Source: Mobula hypostoma (lineage: Eukaryota). Taken from it: a stretch of 64,000 bases of DNA. The stretch spans positions 210,058,001 through 210,122,000 of the forward strand of contig NC_086097.1 in the NCBI RefSeq assembly GCF_963921235.1, written 5' to 3'. The translations under genes were made by a program, and so were the position numbers. The notes beneath the pieces were generated by a model, which saw only the letters and a program-made list of their open reading frames with translations, was not told the origin of the DNA and searched no databases. Every line of letters begins with the position of its first letter. The first letter of the stretch is position 1. Positions 1-13,040 of the stretch are shown here, piece by piece.

Positions 1-103
1 CTATTCTTTGCATTTCTGGTCAGATGCTAACTGCATTTCATTGGCTTTGTATCTGTACCCGGTATAATGACAATAAAATTGAAACTAATCTAATCTAATC
101 TAA
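1..103 (+). mobile_element. 3' end of a Rex1/L2-type retroposon with (CTAAT)n tail
   Basis: GACAATAAA followed by ctaatctaatctaatctaa, a LINE-type microsatellite tail. Confidence 0.5.
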
Positions 104-1704
104 AATTTCCTCTGGAATGCTCCTATTAACCATTTATATTTCACCTTCATTACGATGATACGTAATCATTACTTATTGAGATGGAACCTTATCAAAACTT
201 TTCCTAAATTGTAAGTGCATTGCTTTTTCTTATTCCATTGTATTTCTTCTGCTCATTAAGGCTTTGAGAAAAGGGGGTGGCAGTGAACAGTACAATTTCC
301 TTGTTGTTGTGTGTTTGGAACACTGTGAACATAGAGGCAGGATTTCCTTTTATATGTATTATTTTGGAGCAATTTACTAATTTGCCAGAAATAGAGTATA
401 GAAAATCAATGCTATGCTTAAAGCATCATGAACCCAGATTTAAAAGTTAACCCAACCTTCCCTGTCGCCTCTTCATATTATTTGATTGATTCTGTAAAGC
501 ACGTTACTTGGTTTTAATGCAAGGATGAATAGCTTAAGCAAAGAACCACAGAAGATGAAACATGGATTTGAAAGTCTCAAAATTAGCTCGATATTAAAAT
601 TGCCTCTTATTCCACTTTTATTCTATAGAAGTTAAAAGCCTTAGAAATGAAGCCATGGATTATGATTTGAGAGGTTGTTAGGTTTAATTTTATTTTATTT
701 ATGTCTATTTTACCTTTATTTCATTGTGTGAGTTACGTACAGTACAATTGATATTTATCATATTCATAAGGCAGTGAGCTGCTGCCAAAAGCTTATTTTC
801 ATGTCATTTCTAGTCTGGGCATGTGTGCTCATGGTTATGAGCATGAACTTGAACTTGGATTCATTACATAGGTAGGAGAGTGGGAATTTTGAACTGTATA
901 TGAAAGGTGGGGATTAAAGGTGGAGAAAAGATTTAACTTCACTGTCCAGCCTTTATCATCTGAATGTTGATCTATTGGTCGGTCTTGCTTCCAGCAGGCT
1001 TAAGTCCTCTGAGGCAGACTTCAGGACGGAAGACCAATTCCTGTCTGGTAGTTCATGCGCAGGTCCTAGTTATACACCAATTCCCTTTCTCTCCCCACGT
1101 CCTAGTCCTTGATTGTGGGATGTCCATTCCCAGGACATTTCTAATCTACAGTCCCAGGTGTCAGTCAGGATGTTAGATTTCAAACATTGCAAATTGATTT
1201 CTCATTGAATGATATTGAAAAGCATGGGCTGATCCCTTGCAGTGGGACCTTGGGAGTTGGCTGAAGGCCCACAAGCAGGACTGTGAAGGGACTTCCTGTG
1301 AAAATCTCCGTGACTTTATGCAGCTGCTGAGTTTTCATTATGCCTAAGAAACCAGATTCACCATAAAACCAACAAAATAGGTGAAACTGGAGGCATGCAG
1401 ACTTATTAATATAATTGAAGTGGCAAACCTATGTCTTAGGAGTAAGTCCCCACAAACTGACAGATTGGAGCTGACTCCCAAACTAAATTTATTTTTTTTG
1501 TGGACTTGATATCAGCCATTTCGTCATTCCACCTCCCCACCTTCACTGTCCTCCCGACTTCAAAACATCTCATAAACCAGGACATTAAAATCTCCCTAAA
1601 AATAACATGACTAACAGTTTTTTTGGGAGATTTTAAGTTGAAGATTTTGGGGGAATTCTACTATTCCTGGCTATCTTCTGAGACAAAGACTCATTTCCCT
1701 AGAA

Positions 1705-1784
1705 CAGGGGTTCACAACCTGGGGTCCATGGACCCCTCAGTTAATGGTAGGAGTCCAGAGCATAAAATAGATTGGGAATCCCTG
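1705..1784. mobile_element. 80-bp hAT-Charlie-like MITE
   Basis: TIRs CAGGGGTTCACAACCT / AGATTGGGAATCCCTG; 8-bp flanks ccctagaa / ccctaggg (CTAG-centred target); internal perfect palindrome GGGGTCCATGGACCCC. Confidence 0.8.
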
Positions 1785-4214
1785 CCCTAGGGCCATTGGA
1801 GAAACACTGTGCTAACTTAATCCCTCCTGGAGAAATAATTTCACAAGGGACCCTGGGAAGAACCACCAAGCCACATGTAGTGGATTTATTCCTAGAATTG
1901 AATAAAGTTTTCAGTATTTACACTTATTAATCCATAGTTGCACAGTCTGCTAGTAGCTGTTTTAGCCTTGGGCCCTCTGCTTAAATATTGATTACTGCCT
2001 GAGATTGACGCCTGAATGTCCTCCTGCTCATATCTTGTTGTGAGATGTCATTGCTGAGTACTTGAATGACAACGTCATGAAATTGGTTGGGTCCAGGTGG
2101 TCATGGGAGATGTAGTCTTGAGGATGGTCGTGGAAGTTGTCATGGAACTCAGACTGGACAAGCTGTGCTTTACTAGACACTCCCACTGTTTTGGCGAATG
2201 TTAAGTTGTTAATTTAATGTTTCCTTTAAATAAAAAATGAGTGTTGTCACAGGGTTAATGAAATTACCTTCATTTTGAGAATGATACAAGATTTTTAGTT
2301 GACTCCCGTGCAAAAAAGGACATGAATATTGGTTAGATTTGATATTAAGCCACAAAATTTGAAAAGTTGTTTAGTGACATAAAATCACATCTGTGCAGTG
2401 AACTCTCAATGTATTCTGTTCACATCCGTAACTTTGCATTGTGCATTGAAATCTTAAAAATACAATACTATTATACTTAAAGTTGGAACTTGCCATTCTT
2501 TCTATCAGCAAGGCTAATTTTCAACAAGTAAAAATGCCATTAATTAGTTGAGATAAGTTGCCAAAACTTTTAGCCCCTGGAAACTGTATAATTAATCCAT
2601 TCCATTGACCATAAGACCATAAGACCTAGGAGCAGAATTAGGCCATTTGGCCCATTGAGTCTGCTCCACCATTCAATCATGGCTGATCATCCCCCCCCCC
2701 CACCCACCCCCTTCAGCCCCACTGCCCACCCTTCTCCCCATAACCTTTGATACTGTGGCCAATCAAGAACCTATCAATCTCCACCTTAAATACACCCAAT
2801 GACCTGTCCTCCACAGCTGCCTGTGGTAACAAATTCCACAAATTCACCACCCTCTGGCTAAAGAAATTTCTGCGCATCTCTGTTTTAAATGGATGCTCCT
2901 CTATCCTGAGAATGTGCCCTCTTGTCCTAGATTCCCCCCACCCTAGGAAACATCTTTTCCACATCTACTCTGTCTAGGCCTTTCAGCATTCAAAATGGTT
3001 TCAATGAGATCCCCCCTCATCCTTCTAAGTTCCAGTGAGTACAGGCCCAGAGCCATCAAGAGTTCCTCATATGATAACCCTTCCATTTCCAGAATCATCC
3101 TTGTGAACATCCTCTGGACCCTCTCCAATGCTAGCAGATCTTTTCTTAGATAGGGAGCCCAAAACTGTTCACCAGTTCCTTATAAAGCCTCAGCATCACA
3201 TCCCTGCTCTTATATTCCAGACCTCTTGAAATGAATGCTAATATTGCATTTGCCTTCCTCACCACTGACTCAACCAGCAAGTTAACCTTTAGGGTGTTCT
3301 GCACAAGGACTCCCAAGTCCCTTTGCATCCCAGATTTTTAGATTTTCTTCCCATTTAGAAAATAGTCTGAACATTTATTTCTTCCAACCAAGTGTATGAC
3401 CATGCATTTTCAAAGACTGTATTTCATTCGCCACTTTCTTGGCAATTTATGTTATCTGTCTAAGTCCTTCTGCAGCCTACCTGTTTCCTCAACTCTACCT
3501 ACCCTCCACCAAACTTCATATTATCTGCTAACTTGGCAACAAAGCTATCTATTCCAGCATCTAAATCATTGATATACAGCATGAAAAGAAACACTGAGCC
3601 CTGCGGAACACCACTAGTCACTGGCAGCCAACCAAAAACCCACTCACTGCCTCCTACCAATCAGCCAGTGGTCTAACCATGCAAGCAACTTTCCTGTAAT
3701 ACCATGAGCTCTTAACTTGGTAAGCATCCTGATGTGTGGCACATTGTTAAAGGCCTTCTGAAAGTCCAAATATACACCATCCACTACATCTCCTTTATCC
3801 ATCCTACTTGTAATCTCCTCAAAGAATTCCAACAGGTTCATTAGGCAAGATTTTCCCTTAATGAAACTACGCTGGCTTTGTCTTTTCTTGTCCAACGGAA
3901 TCAAGTACTCCATAACCTCATCATTAACAATGGACTCCAACATCTTCCCAACCTAATCAAGCTAATTAGTCTATAATTTCCTTTCTGCTGCTTACCTCCT
4001 TTCTTAAGGAGTGGAGTAACATTTGCAATTTTCCAGTCCTCCAGAACCATGCCAGAGACCAATGATTCTTGAAAGATCACTACTAATGCCTCCACAATCT
4101 CTACCACTACCTCTTTCAGAACCCTAGGGTGCAATTCATCTGGTCCAGGTGACTTATATACCTTTAAGTCTTTCAACTTTTTGAGTACCTTCTCATCTTG
4201 TCATAGTAACTGCA

Positions 4215-4346
4215 AATGAGAAAATCTGCCGATGCTAGAGATCCAAGAAACACGCACAAAATGCTGGAGGAACTCAGCAGGCCAGGCAGCATCTATGGAA
4301 AAAAAGTACAGTCATCGTTTTGGGCCAAAACCCTTCAGCAGGACTA
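4215..4346 (-). mobile_element. ~130-bp Penelope-terminal-repeat-derived mini element with degenerate hammerhead
   Basis: Flanked by atagtaactgca (4203-4214) / atagttactgca (4347-4358). Minus strand reads AGTC-CTGCTGA-agggttttggccc-AAAACGATGACT. Confidence 0.8.
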
Positions 4347-4752
4347 ATAGTTACTGCACTCACTTCTCTTCCCTCACACCCTTCAATACCTGGCACACTG
4401 CTAGTGTCTTCCACAGAGAAGACTGATGTAGGATACTCATTTAGTTCATCTACTATTGCCTTGTCCCTCGTCATTATTTCCCCTGCCTTATTTTCAATCG
4501 GTCCTGTATCCACTCTCATCTCTCTTTTATTTTCTTATACACTTGAAAAAGCTTTTTCTATCCACCTTGATATTGTTTGCTAGCTTGCTTTCATATTTCA
4601 TCTTCTCCCTCCTAATGATTCTTTTAGTTGCTTTCTGTATGTTTTTAAAAGCTTCCCAATCCTGTATCTTCCCGCTTATTTTTGCTTTGATGCTCTCTTG
4701 CTTTCACATTTGACTTCCCTCGTCAGCCTTGGTCGTAGTATTTTGCCATTTG

Positions 4753-4947
4753 GGGGTGTATGGGGTGTCAGGGAGGGGTAGCACCTCTGGTGGGGTAACA
4801 TGTCGTGTCCTTTTCAAGGCGGTTAGTCCACCTTTGGTCCCCACCTGGCACTCAGCTCTCACCTGTGGCTCCCTGTAGCTGTTTGCATGTGACAGTGGCC
4901 ACACCCCAGGCAACGGCTTTGACAAGCCGGCTAAACCAGGTGAGGGT
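4753..4947 (+). ncRNA. HDV-like self-cleaving ribozyme candidate
   Basis: P1 GGGGTGT/ACACCCC; P2 GCTCTCACCTG/CAGGTGAGGGT; P3 GGC/GCC; L3 begins TCC; AGGCAA after P1; P4 CGGCTT/AAGCCG; J4/2 GCTAA. Elements occur in HDV order. Confidence 0.7.
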
Positions 4948-5313
4948 AGCCGACGGGTCTCAAACCCTCGGTGAGATAGGGAGTTGTCTATCCCAGCATG
5001 TGAAGACAGACTCTGGCAGATTGAGCAGACGAGACCAATGGAAGGTCCAATGGTCAAGAAGGCGGTCTCTACAAGCGTCGTGGAACATGTAGAGCAGGAC
5101 AAGACACAGAAGACATCCTGGTCATCCACTGCGCCTAGTCCCATCTCCAGCCATCTCGACTCTGTCTTGCCACTGGATCCAGATAGGAATTGGGAAGAGA
5201 GAGTGAGGCTGACGCTGCGCAACTCTCCCTCACTTAAATCCAAATCGCGCGCTAGTCTCGACACCATCAATAATGGTGTCGAGGTCCTCATCGACGTACG
5301 ATGGACGAACAAC
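4753..5313 (+). mobile_element. Non-autonomous non-coding retroposon (probably RTE-associated) inserted in CR1
   Basis: Perfect 13-bp TSD attttgccatttg (4740-4752 / 5314-5326); ends ggacgaacaac; 3' hairpin CTCGACACCAT-caata-ATGGTGTCGAG; CpG-rich relative to flanks. Confidence 0.88.
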
Positions 5314-7539
5314 ATTTTGCCATTTGAGTATTTCTTTGTTTTTGGAATACACCTGTTCTGCACCTTCCTCATTTTTCCCAGAAACTCAAGGCAATGCAGC
5401 TCTGTTGACATCCCTGCCAGCATCTCCCTCCAATTTACTTTGGCCAGCTCCTATCTCATACCACTATAATTTCCTTTACTCCCCTGAACTCAATCATATT
5501 GTGATCACTGTCTCCTAAGCGTACTTTTACCTTAAGCTCCCAAATTGCCACTGGTTCATTACATAACACCCAATCCAGTATAGCTGGTCCCCTAGTAGGT
5601 TCAACGACAAACTGCTATAAACAGCCACCTCATAGGCATTCAACAAATTCACTCTCTTGAGATTCATTATGAACCTGATTTTCCCAATCTACCTGCATGT
5701 TAAAATCTCCCATGACTTTCATAACATTGCCCTTTTGACATGCCTTTTCTATTTCCTGTTGTAATCTGTTGTCCACATCTCAGCTATTGTTTGAAAGCCT
5801 ATATATAACTACCATCAGGGTTCTTTTACCCTTGCAGATTCTTAACTCAACCCACAAGGATTCAACATCTTCCGATTCTATGTCGCATCTTTCTACTGAT
5901 TTGCTGCTTTTCTTTACCAGAAGAGCCAACCTACCCTCTCTACCTATCTTCCTATCCCTCCAATACAATGTGTAACCTTGGACATTCAGCTCCCAACTAC
6001 AACCATCCTTCAGCCACAATTCAGTGATGGCCACAACATCATACCCAATGATCTGTAAAAGTGCAACAAGATCATCCACCTTATTTCTTAAACACTATGC
6101 ATTGAGATATAACACTTTGAGCGCTTTATTCGCTACACTTTTTGGTTCTGCATCCCTAATGAACTGACACTTACCCTGCTACTGCAATTTTGTCCTATCA
6201 TCCGACTGTCCTTTCGGACAATCTGACTGCATGCTATCTTTGCTTTTTTACCATCCATCCTATCCTGAGTCCCTTCACTCCAGTTCCCACCCCTCTGCCA
6301 AATTAGTTTAAACTCTCCGCACCAGCTCTAACCTGCCTACAAGAATATTGGTCCCCCTCGGGATCAGGTGCAACCCATCACTTTTGTACAAGGTCATACC
6401 TCCCCCAAAAGAGATCCCAGTGATCCAAGAACCTGAAGCCCTGCCCCATGCAACAGCTTCTCAGCCACATGTTTATCTGCCAAATCATCCTTTTTGCACT
6501 CTCACTGGCGCATGGCACAGTTAGCAATCCGGAAATTACTACCCTGGAGGCCCTGCTTCTGAGCCCCCAGTCTAGCTCTCTAAGTTGTCCTTTCAGGACG
6601 CCTTTGCTTTTTCTTACTATGTCATCAGTATGTACCAAGACATCTAGCTGCTCTCCCTTCCTTTCCAAAATGCTGTGGATGCGATCCGAGATGTCCCTGA
6701 CCCTGGCACCTGGGAGGCAACATACCATCTGGGTGTCCCGTTCACATCCACAGAATCTCCTGTCTGTTGTATTCCTCTGACTATTGAGTGCCCTATCACT
6801 ACAGTTCCCCTCTTCTCCCTCTTTCTCTTCTGCCCACGGACCCAGTAATTTGGTCTCCATGGCATTCCCCTGGGAGGTCATCCCCCACAACAGTATCCAA
6901 AATGGTATAATTAACATTGAGGGGAATGGCCACAGAGGTGCTCTATGCTAACTGCTTATTCATCTTCCCATTTCTTCTCCTGACAGTCACCTAACTACCT
7001 GCCTCCAGCAACTTAGGGTGACTGCTTCCCTGTAACTCTGATCTTCAATGATCTTCCCAGTCTCCCATACAAGCCGAAGTTCTTCCAGCTGCTGTTCTAG
7101 ATACCTAATACGGTCTCCAAGGAGCTGCAGCTGGATGCACTTCATGCAGATGTAGTTCCCTTGGAGACTCTGCGTCCCCCAGGACTCCAACATATGGCAT
7201 GAAAAACACACAACAACCATTTAAACTACACCAAGTACCCCTGACACAATAAGAAAAAAGGGTAACTTAACAGAAACTTACCCAGACAACTTACCCAAAG
7301 CCAACGCCTCTTCCAAGCCAAAGCCTTCTTTGACCCAAAGCCTAACTCTCCCAGTATCACCACTGGCCCACTCCCAACAATGGCCACACCACTTGTCCTT
7401 GCTGTTCTTTTATTTACCCCTCATTGCCAACTCTATGTCTGCAATCTGATGTAAAAGCAAAATACTAGAAACTTCCAGTAGGTCAGGTAGCTTCTGTGGA
7501 GAGAGAGAAACAATTAATATTTCAGGTTAAATTCCTTTG

Positions 7540-8530
7540 TTCAAGTTCAATTTTATTGTCATTCACCATATACTGTATATGCATTCAGCCAAGTGAACAA
7601 CTTTCCTCCTGACCAAGGTGCACAACACAGTACATATAACTCACACAACACAAAGTAATGATACCACAAATAAATTAACAAGTAATAAAGGGGAGTTATA
7701 ACACAATTTAAAAAGTAAACAGTATACAGTACTGGTGCTTCATTCGTGATGAGACCTGGGTGGTGGCAGGGAGTTCAGTAGTCTCATGGCCTGGGGAAGA
7801 AGCTGTTTTTCACCCTAGCAGTCTTTGTCTAATGCTACAGTACCTCCTGCCTAATGGTAGAGGGTCAAAGGGATTGTCGGATAGATGGGATGGATCATTG
7901 ACAGTGCTAAGAGCCCTCCATACACAGCTCTCCTGATAAATATCTTGGATTTGTGGAAGAGAGACCCTGATGATCTTTTCATCATTCTTCATAACCCTTT
8001 GGAGAGTCTTGTAGTCGGTTGCCTTGCAATTCCCATAACAAGCAGTTATGCACTCTCAATGGTGCTCCTGTAAAAACTGGTTAGAGTGGAGGGAGAGTGG
8101 GGGAAGTGCCCGCTCTCCTTAATCTCCTCAGGAAGTGATGTGCTTTCTTGGCTAAGGAGATGATGTTGAGGGACTGGGTGAGGTCATCCTAACTTTCTCC
8201 GTTTATGAGCAGAGAGGAATGGTCAACCAGCACCTTCCTAAATTCCACAATCATCTCTTCAGTTTTGTCCACTTTGAATCTCAACTTCTGCTCTACCTCT
8301 TCTCTGCACACTATCATTGTTGATGAAGCCAGTCGCTATTATGTCATCAGCAAACTTGATGGTTATTCTTGAACTGGTTCTAGCAATACGGTCGTTCATC
8401 AGTGGCAGGCAGTGCATGCAGCCTGGGGTGTGCCAGTCCTCAGTGTGGTGGAAATTGAGATCTTGCTGCCAGCACAGGCTGACTGTGGTCTTTCTGTCAA
8501 GAAGTCAAAGATCCAGTAAAAGAAATGTTT
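7540..8530 (-). mobile_element. Degenerate Rex1/Babar-like LINE 3' fragment
   Basis: Related to the + copy at 61790-62630 (IYQE.C..RALS...DPSH...FDPLP.GRRY); tttattg tail end at left. Confidence 0.65.
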
Positions 8531-10599
8531 TGAGACACTACAAAGTAGAACAGCAAAGAAAGGTAATAAAAAGGAGATGGCTTTAAGTTGTAGAAAAGAT
8601 TGCCTGTTGGGTAGTTATGGGGAAGTACGTCACTTTGTCTGCAGTTTAACCCATAATTATCTCTTCCCATTATTTCAAAGTTGTGTCAGCCTAAGCTATT
8701 AACTCTATTTCTCTCTCAACTGATGCATTCTGATATTCAGCACTTTCTGTTTTATTCAGATTTCCAACATCTGCAGTTGTATTTTTTTAGCTTTTCAGAA
8801 TGAATGCTGCTTTTTGGTTACTTGTTCAACATTTCCTTGAATTTAGCTCAAAGTGAAGAAGACCTGTGATGTGTATGAGTCACTTTGTGCTATTTCAAAT
8901 TATAAGTCTTATGCTGTATATTTAGCACATTGTCTATCTGAAGAGATATGTTACTATTAACAATAATGTTCAATTCCAATATTATTCCACGAGTTTGGGA
9001 TCCTTAGAGAAATATTTTGAATGATTTTTATGAAGACAATGTAAAATTTAGGTAACACTTGAAGCTATTAGATTCAGCTAGAAATCACATTAGTCTTTTC
9101 CTGACATTGAAACAGTAATGAGGCATCCCACCATCTCTGTTTGTGAAAATCCACTAAAGACTTAACTCCATAACAGAGTTAAATATAACTCTTGAGGAGT
9201 TAAACTCACAGGAGAGAAGAACTAGATTAGAACTAAGATGACATTTTAGTGAATTGAATTGAATTCTTCACTGATTATTGCCATTAATTCTGGACTGACA
9301 TGATTGTTTCACTCAAAATCAGCAATGGGAAGTGTATTCTGGAGTCAAAATTAATGAAACACGGAGAAGAAGTGAAAACAGAAGATGCTGGAAACACCCA
9401 AAAAATCAGGTTTTGTGGAAAGAGAAACAGAGTTCATATTCCAGATTCGAATCCTTTTGCCAGAAGTGGAAGGAGAAAATAAACTTGGTAACAAAGAGGA
9501 AGTCTAAAAGATGAGACCAAATAAGATAATACAGCAATTAGAATTAGAGAGAAAAAAAGTTGTGTTGCATTTACCCAGGACACCAAGATGAGTTTTGGTT
9601 TGAAATGGGGAATTAAAAGTAGTTGGTTAGTTTCTCTTTGTTAGGGATAAAACACGAGAGCGAATGTTGCATTTGTTATCCTGAACTTGCAATTGATTTT
9701 TTTAAGAGAGTATGGTGGAAAAAGCTTTAAAATCTTAATTGATGCCTTTGCTCTGTCATGAGGCTTATAAAGTAACAACTGTTTGATCTGTCATTGCTTG
9801 ACAAAATAAGATCAATAATTTTGACAAAGGATATGTGTGAGTTTACAAGTTCTAGTTCTTTTGCAACAGAGGATGGATTGTTAGGCTCCCCAGGCAATGC
9901 TATAAGTGGATGCTGGGCAATTAAAGTTAAATCCAGCATGCACAGCTGCTGGGTTCTGCTTAAGGGAGCAGCTCAAGTCATGGAACCTGAGGATGTATTA
10001 GCCTGACTTTAAGCAGTGATCATGGTGCTGTAATATTCATACAACTATTACATACTGTCTTCATTTGATCTGGAGATTTTTCTTGCTGGTTTGATATTTA
10101 TTCTTATTGTGATATCTCATTTGAATTAATTAGTTACTTAACTAATCCATTTGTTTTTTTAAAGGGATTTTTTTTCTATGTTCAACATTAAAAAGTTGTA
10201 AAAGCCTGACTCCATGGACCTATCACATTCTCTTCCACTGAAGCTTGGGTTAATGTGCAAGCTCTCTGAGATACTAGACGACAAGGAGAACAATTAAGTT
10301 ATTCACCAAGAATAAAACTAAAAAGTTGTACATGTTCAGCTGGTCACTTAGCACCTGTAGATGGGAAGAATAAAGTTAACTTTTCAGATTGATGACTTGG
10401 AAACTGATCATGTTTCAAATTGCTTGGAAGGTGGGTAGTAGTTCGGGATTGAGAAGAGGGCACAGATAGAGAGAGCAAAGTAAAGGTCTGCACTGGAATG
10501 ATTTATGATATGTCCATCCAGCTCCCTTCCCCTGGCTACTCATCACAACTGTGAGAAATGCAATACCTTTGCTTTCACATTTTTCCTTCTCCCCGCCCC

Positions 10600-11010
10600 C
10601 ACTCAGGCATCTTAACTGATAAAGCAGCAAGTCACCTGTTACACTTTGAAAATTGCATCTTTGATACTTATACATAGTCTTCTGCATTGAAGAAATTAAA
10701 CACAGACTTGATTGCCACAATGGAGCAACTCCCCTCAATCCACAGATGTGACGCAGAGCATCCAGCTACTTGTCAGCTTAATTTGCCATTCCACTTCCAC
10801 TCTAACCCCCATTTTTGGCAGCTTACTTTATTCCAATGTAAATTTAAGGAAAAATAACTCATCTTCCACCTAAGAACATTTTGGATCTCATGGCTCAACA
10901 ATAAACACAACTTCAGATAACGAGCCTTTCCAATTAATGTCAGAACTGGACAGTTCTTATGAATGGTTATCAAACTGTAATGTTAACTCCGTTTTAATTT
11001 CTCCACAGAT
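10600..11010 (+). mobile_element. Old Penelope-like GIY-YIG/3' fragment
   Basis: Weak similarity to the better-preserved Penelope pieces at 41270-41430 and 44150-44220. Confidence 0.4.
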
Positions 11011-11659
11011 GGTTAAGAGTCTTAACTGCCATTTCTCCATTTGTAAGGTACTTTGATTATGGGCTTTTGGCATCACTATATTTGCTACTCCTGACAAAGG
11101 TAAAAGTCTTGTTCAGACAAATTCTAGTGATTTATTAAGCCTTAAGAGACCTATCTACGAAAAGAAATATTGCTCAGATGGGAACAGCTAGGACAACCAA
11201 TTGCATTTTTACTAAAATTAGTAAATACTGTATGAAGCAAAATAATCCTAAAGAGGAACTGTATCAAGTATTAATATGTTAATTTAAAGAAAATATTAAA
11301 ATGAAGTTTTTGAAAAGTGTAAACGCAAGTCGTTGTGAGAACTAAAATAAGCAGCCGGGAACATTGTGTAATTTAAGTCCAGTGAAGACTATTCTATTTT
11401 TTGTGAACTTCGTTCAGTTTTATGACTGTTGAGTAATGTTAAACTTATGATTATTAACACTTCCTCCTGCGATCCCCACCAATCATGGAAGCTTAGTTGT
11501 CAACCACTTCAATTCACTCAAAATTATATCAAGAAGTGGCCAAGGACACTGGACACAGAAAAGACAGTGGGGCTGGTGAACATTCCCCATGTAATACTGA
11601 ACTCCTGAGCTCGGAAACCAGTTGTGCTTTAGCCACAATAAATCTCTGCCATCTATTCA

Positions 11660-13040
11660 ACAACATGGAAAATTGTTAAGATATGTCCCATTTACAAAAC
11701 GTAAGGCAAATTCTACTTATTAATTACTGCCTAATCTTAAACATTAGCAAAGTGGAGAAAGGAGTCATTGATAATTTGGTCGCATGGTGCTTATTCTTTG
11801 GGTTTAAGTTTTATTGGGGCCACTTGGGTACAGACTTCAAAGCATGCATCATATGCTGGATTCCCGAACTGAGATGAGAATAGCTATCCTTAACATCAAG
11901 GCCACATTTGATTGAGTATTACATCAAGGAGTTCTGGTAAATTGAGGCTCATAATACTGTGCAAAGCACACTAATGAAGATTAGTCCATAACAGAATTAG
12001 ACCATTCAAGCCTTCTCCATTAGTCCAGGTGATCACAGCTGATCTGCCACAGACCTCATCTCCTCTTTGAAAGTCTGGTTCAAATGATACCTTGCACAAA
12101 GAAAGATTGTTGGAAGGTAATCACCCTACCCCCAGAACATCACTTCAGGAGTTCCTTGGGGCTGTGTCCAAGACCCCAACCACTTTTGGGTGCTACTTGA
12201 ATTACCTTCCTTCATCATGATGTCAGAAGTAGAGATGTTCCCTACAGTCTGAGCAATGATTAATTCTGTCCCCATTCTTCAGCAATGATTAGTGCATGTC
12301 TACATGGCAAGACAATATTCAAACATGGGTTAATAAATGGTAAGAAACACGTGCACAATGAAAATACAAGATAATGACCATGCAGGGGAGACTATAACCA
12401 CCTACCATGACATCAAATGGCCGAATGTCTCATCATCGTTATCCTGTGGGGCATCAAGGACAAGAAGCTCAAACGATCAGTGACATATATAACCTGTCCA
12501 TGAGAGCTGTTCGGAGGCTGGGTATCCTTTGGCTAACAACTTACTCCCTAACACCTCAAATCCTTTCTGCCATCTGCAAGGCAAGTTAGGAATATAACTG
12601 AACACATTACATTAGCCTGAATGAATGAAGTTCTACTTGAGAAGTTTAATATGGGACAAAGCAGCCTATTAGATGGGTTCCTGAGTGATTATATTAGCAT
12701 TAATTCCATCTACCTTTGGAGAATAGTTGCTGCAAAATGCACTACATTCCTCATCCAGCCAACTCCGAGAAATCCTCATAAACATGCAACTTTGTCCACC
12801 AAGTAAGATGAGGACAGCAGCCACATGGCAACACCATCACACCTGCAGATTCGCTTCCAAGCTGCATAACATGACTTGAAAATGTAATGCTACCTTTCGG
12901 TGTTTCAGAGGATTTATCCTGGATCTCCTTAGTCAACAGCACAATAGACCCATTTTCATATGGAACACTTCGTCATAGGAGGCAGCTCACCACCAACTTC
13001 TCAAGAGCAATTAGGGATAGAATAAAACTGATGGCTTTGC
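11660..13040 (+). mobile_element. Ancient degenerate non-LTR retrotransposon RT region and 3' end (CR1 clade likely)
   Basis: Decayed RT motifs in order (aattactgcctaatc; acatcaaggccacatttgattgagta; caggagttccttggggc); terminal agggatagaataaa. Confidence 0.6.

Larger units (their letters stand above)
2607..7400 (-). mobile_element. Near full-length degenerate CR1 LINE (ORF1 zinc finger + SGNH esterase; ORF2 APE endonuclease + RT)
   Basis: (GACCATAA)n tail at 2607; RT fragments (YLDFQKAF, KSPGPD); endonuclease fragment 5780-6079; esterase-like CLPGARVRD...FRFLDHWD 6378-6917; CxxC...CxxC 6987-7220. Many stops; two nested insertions; 5' end approximate. Confidence 0.92.

Noticed and set aside
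4704..5469. 239-aa (-) and 161-aa (+) ORFs as novel genes
   Set aside because: They cross the CR1/retroposon junction, so they are chimeric chance frames with no recognisable domain.
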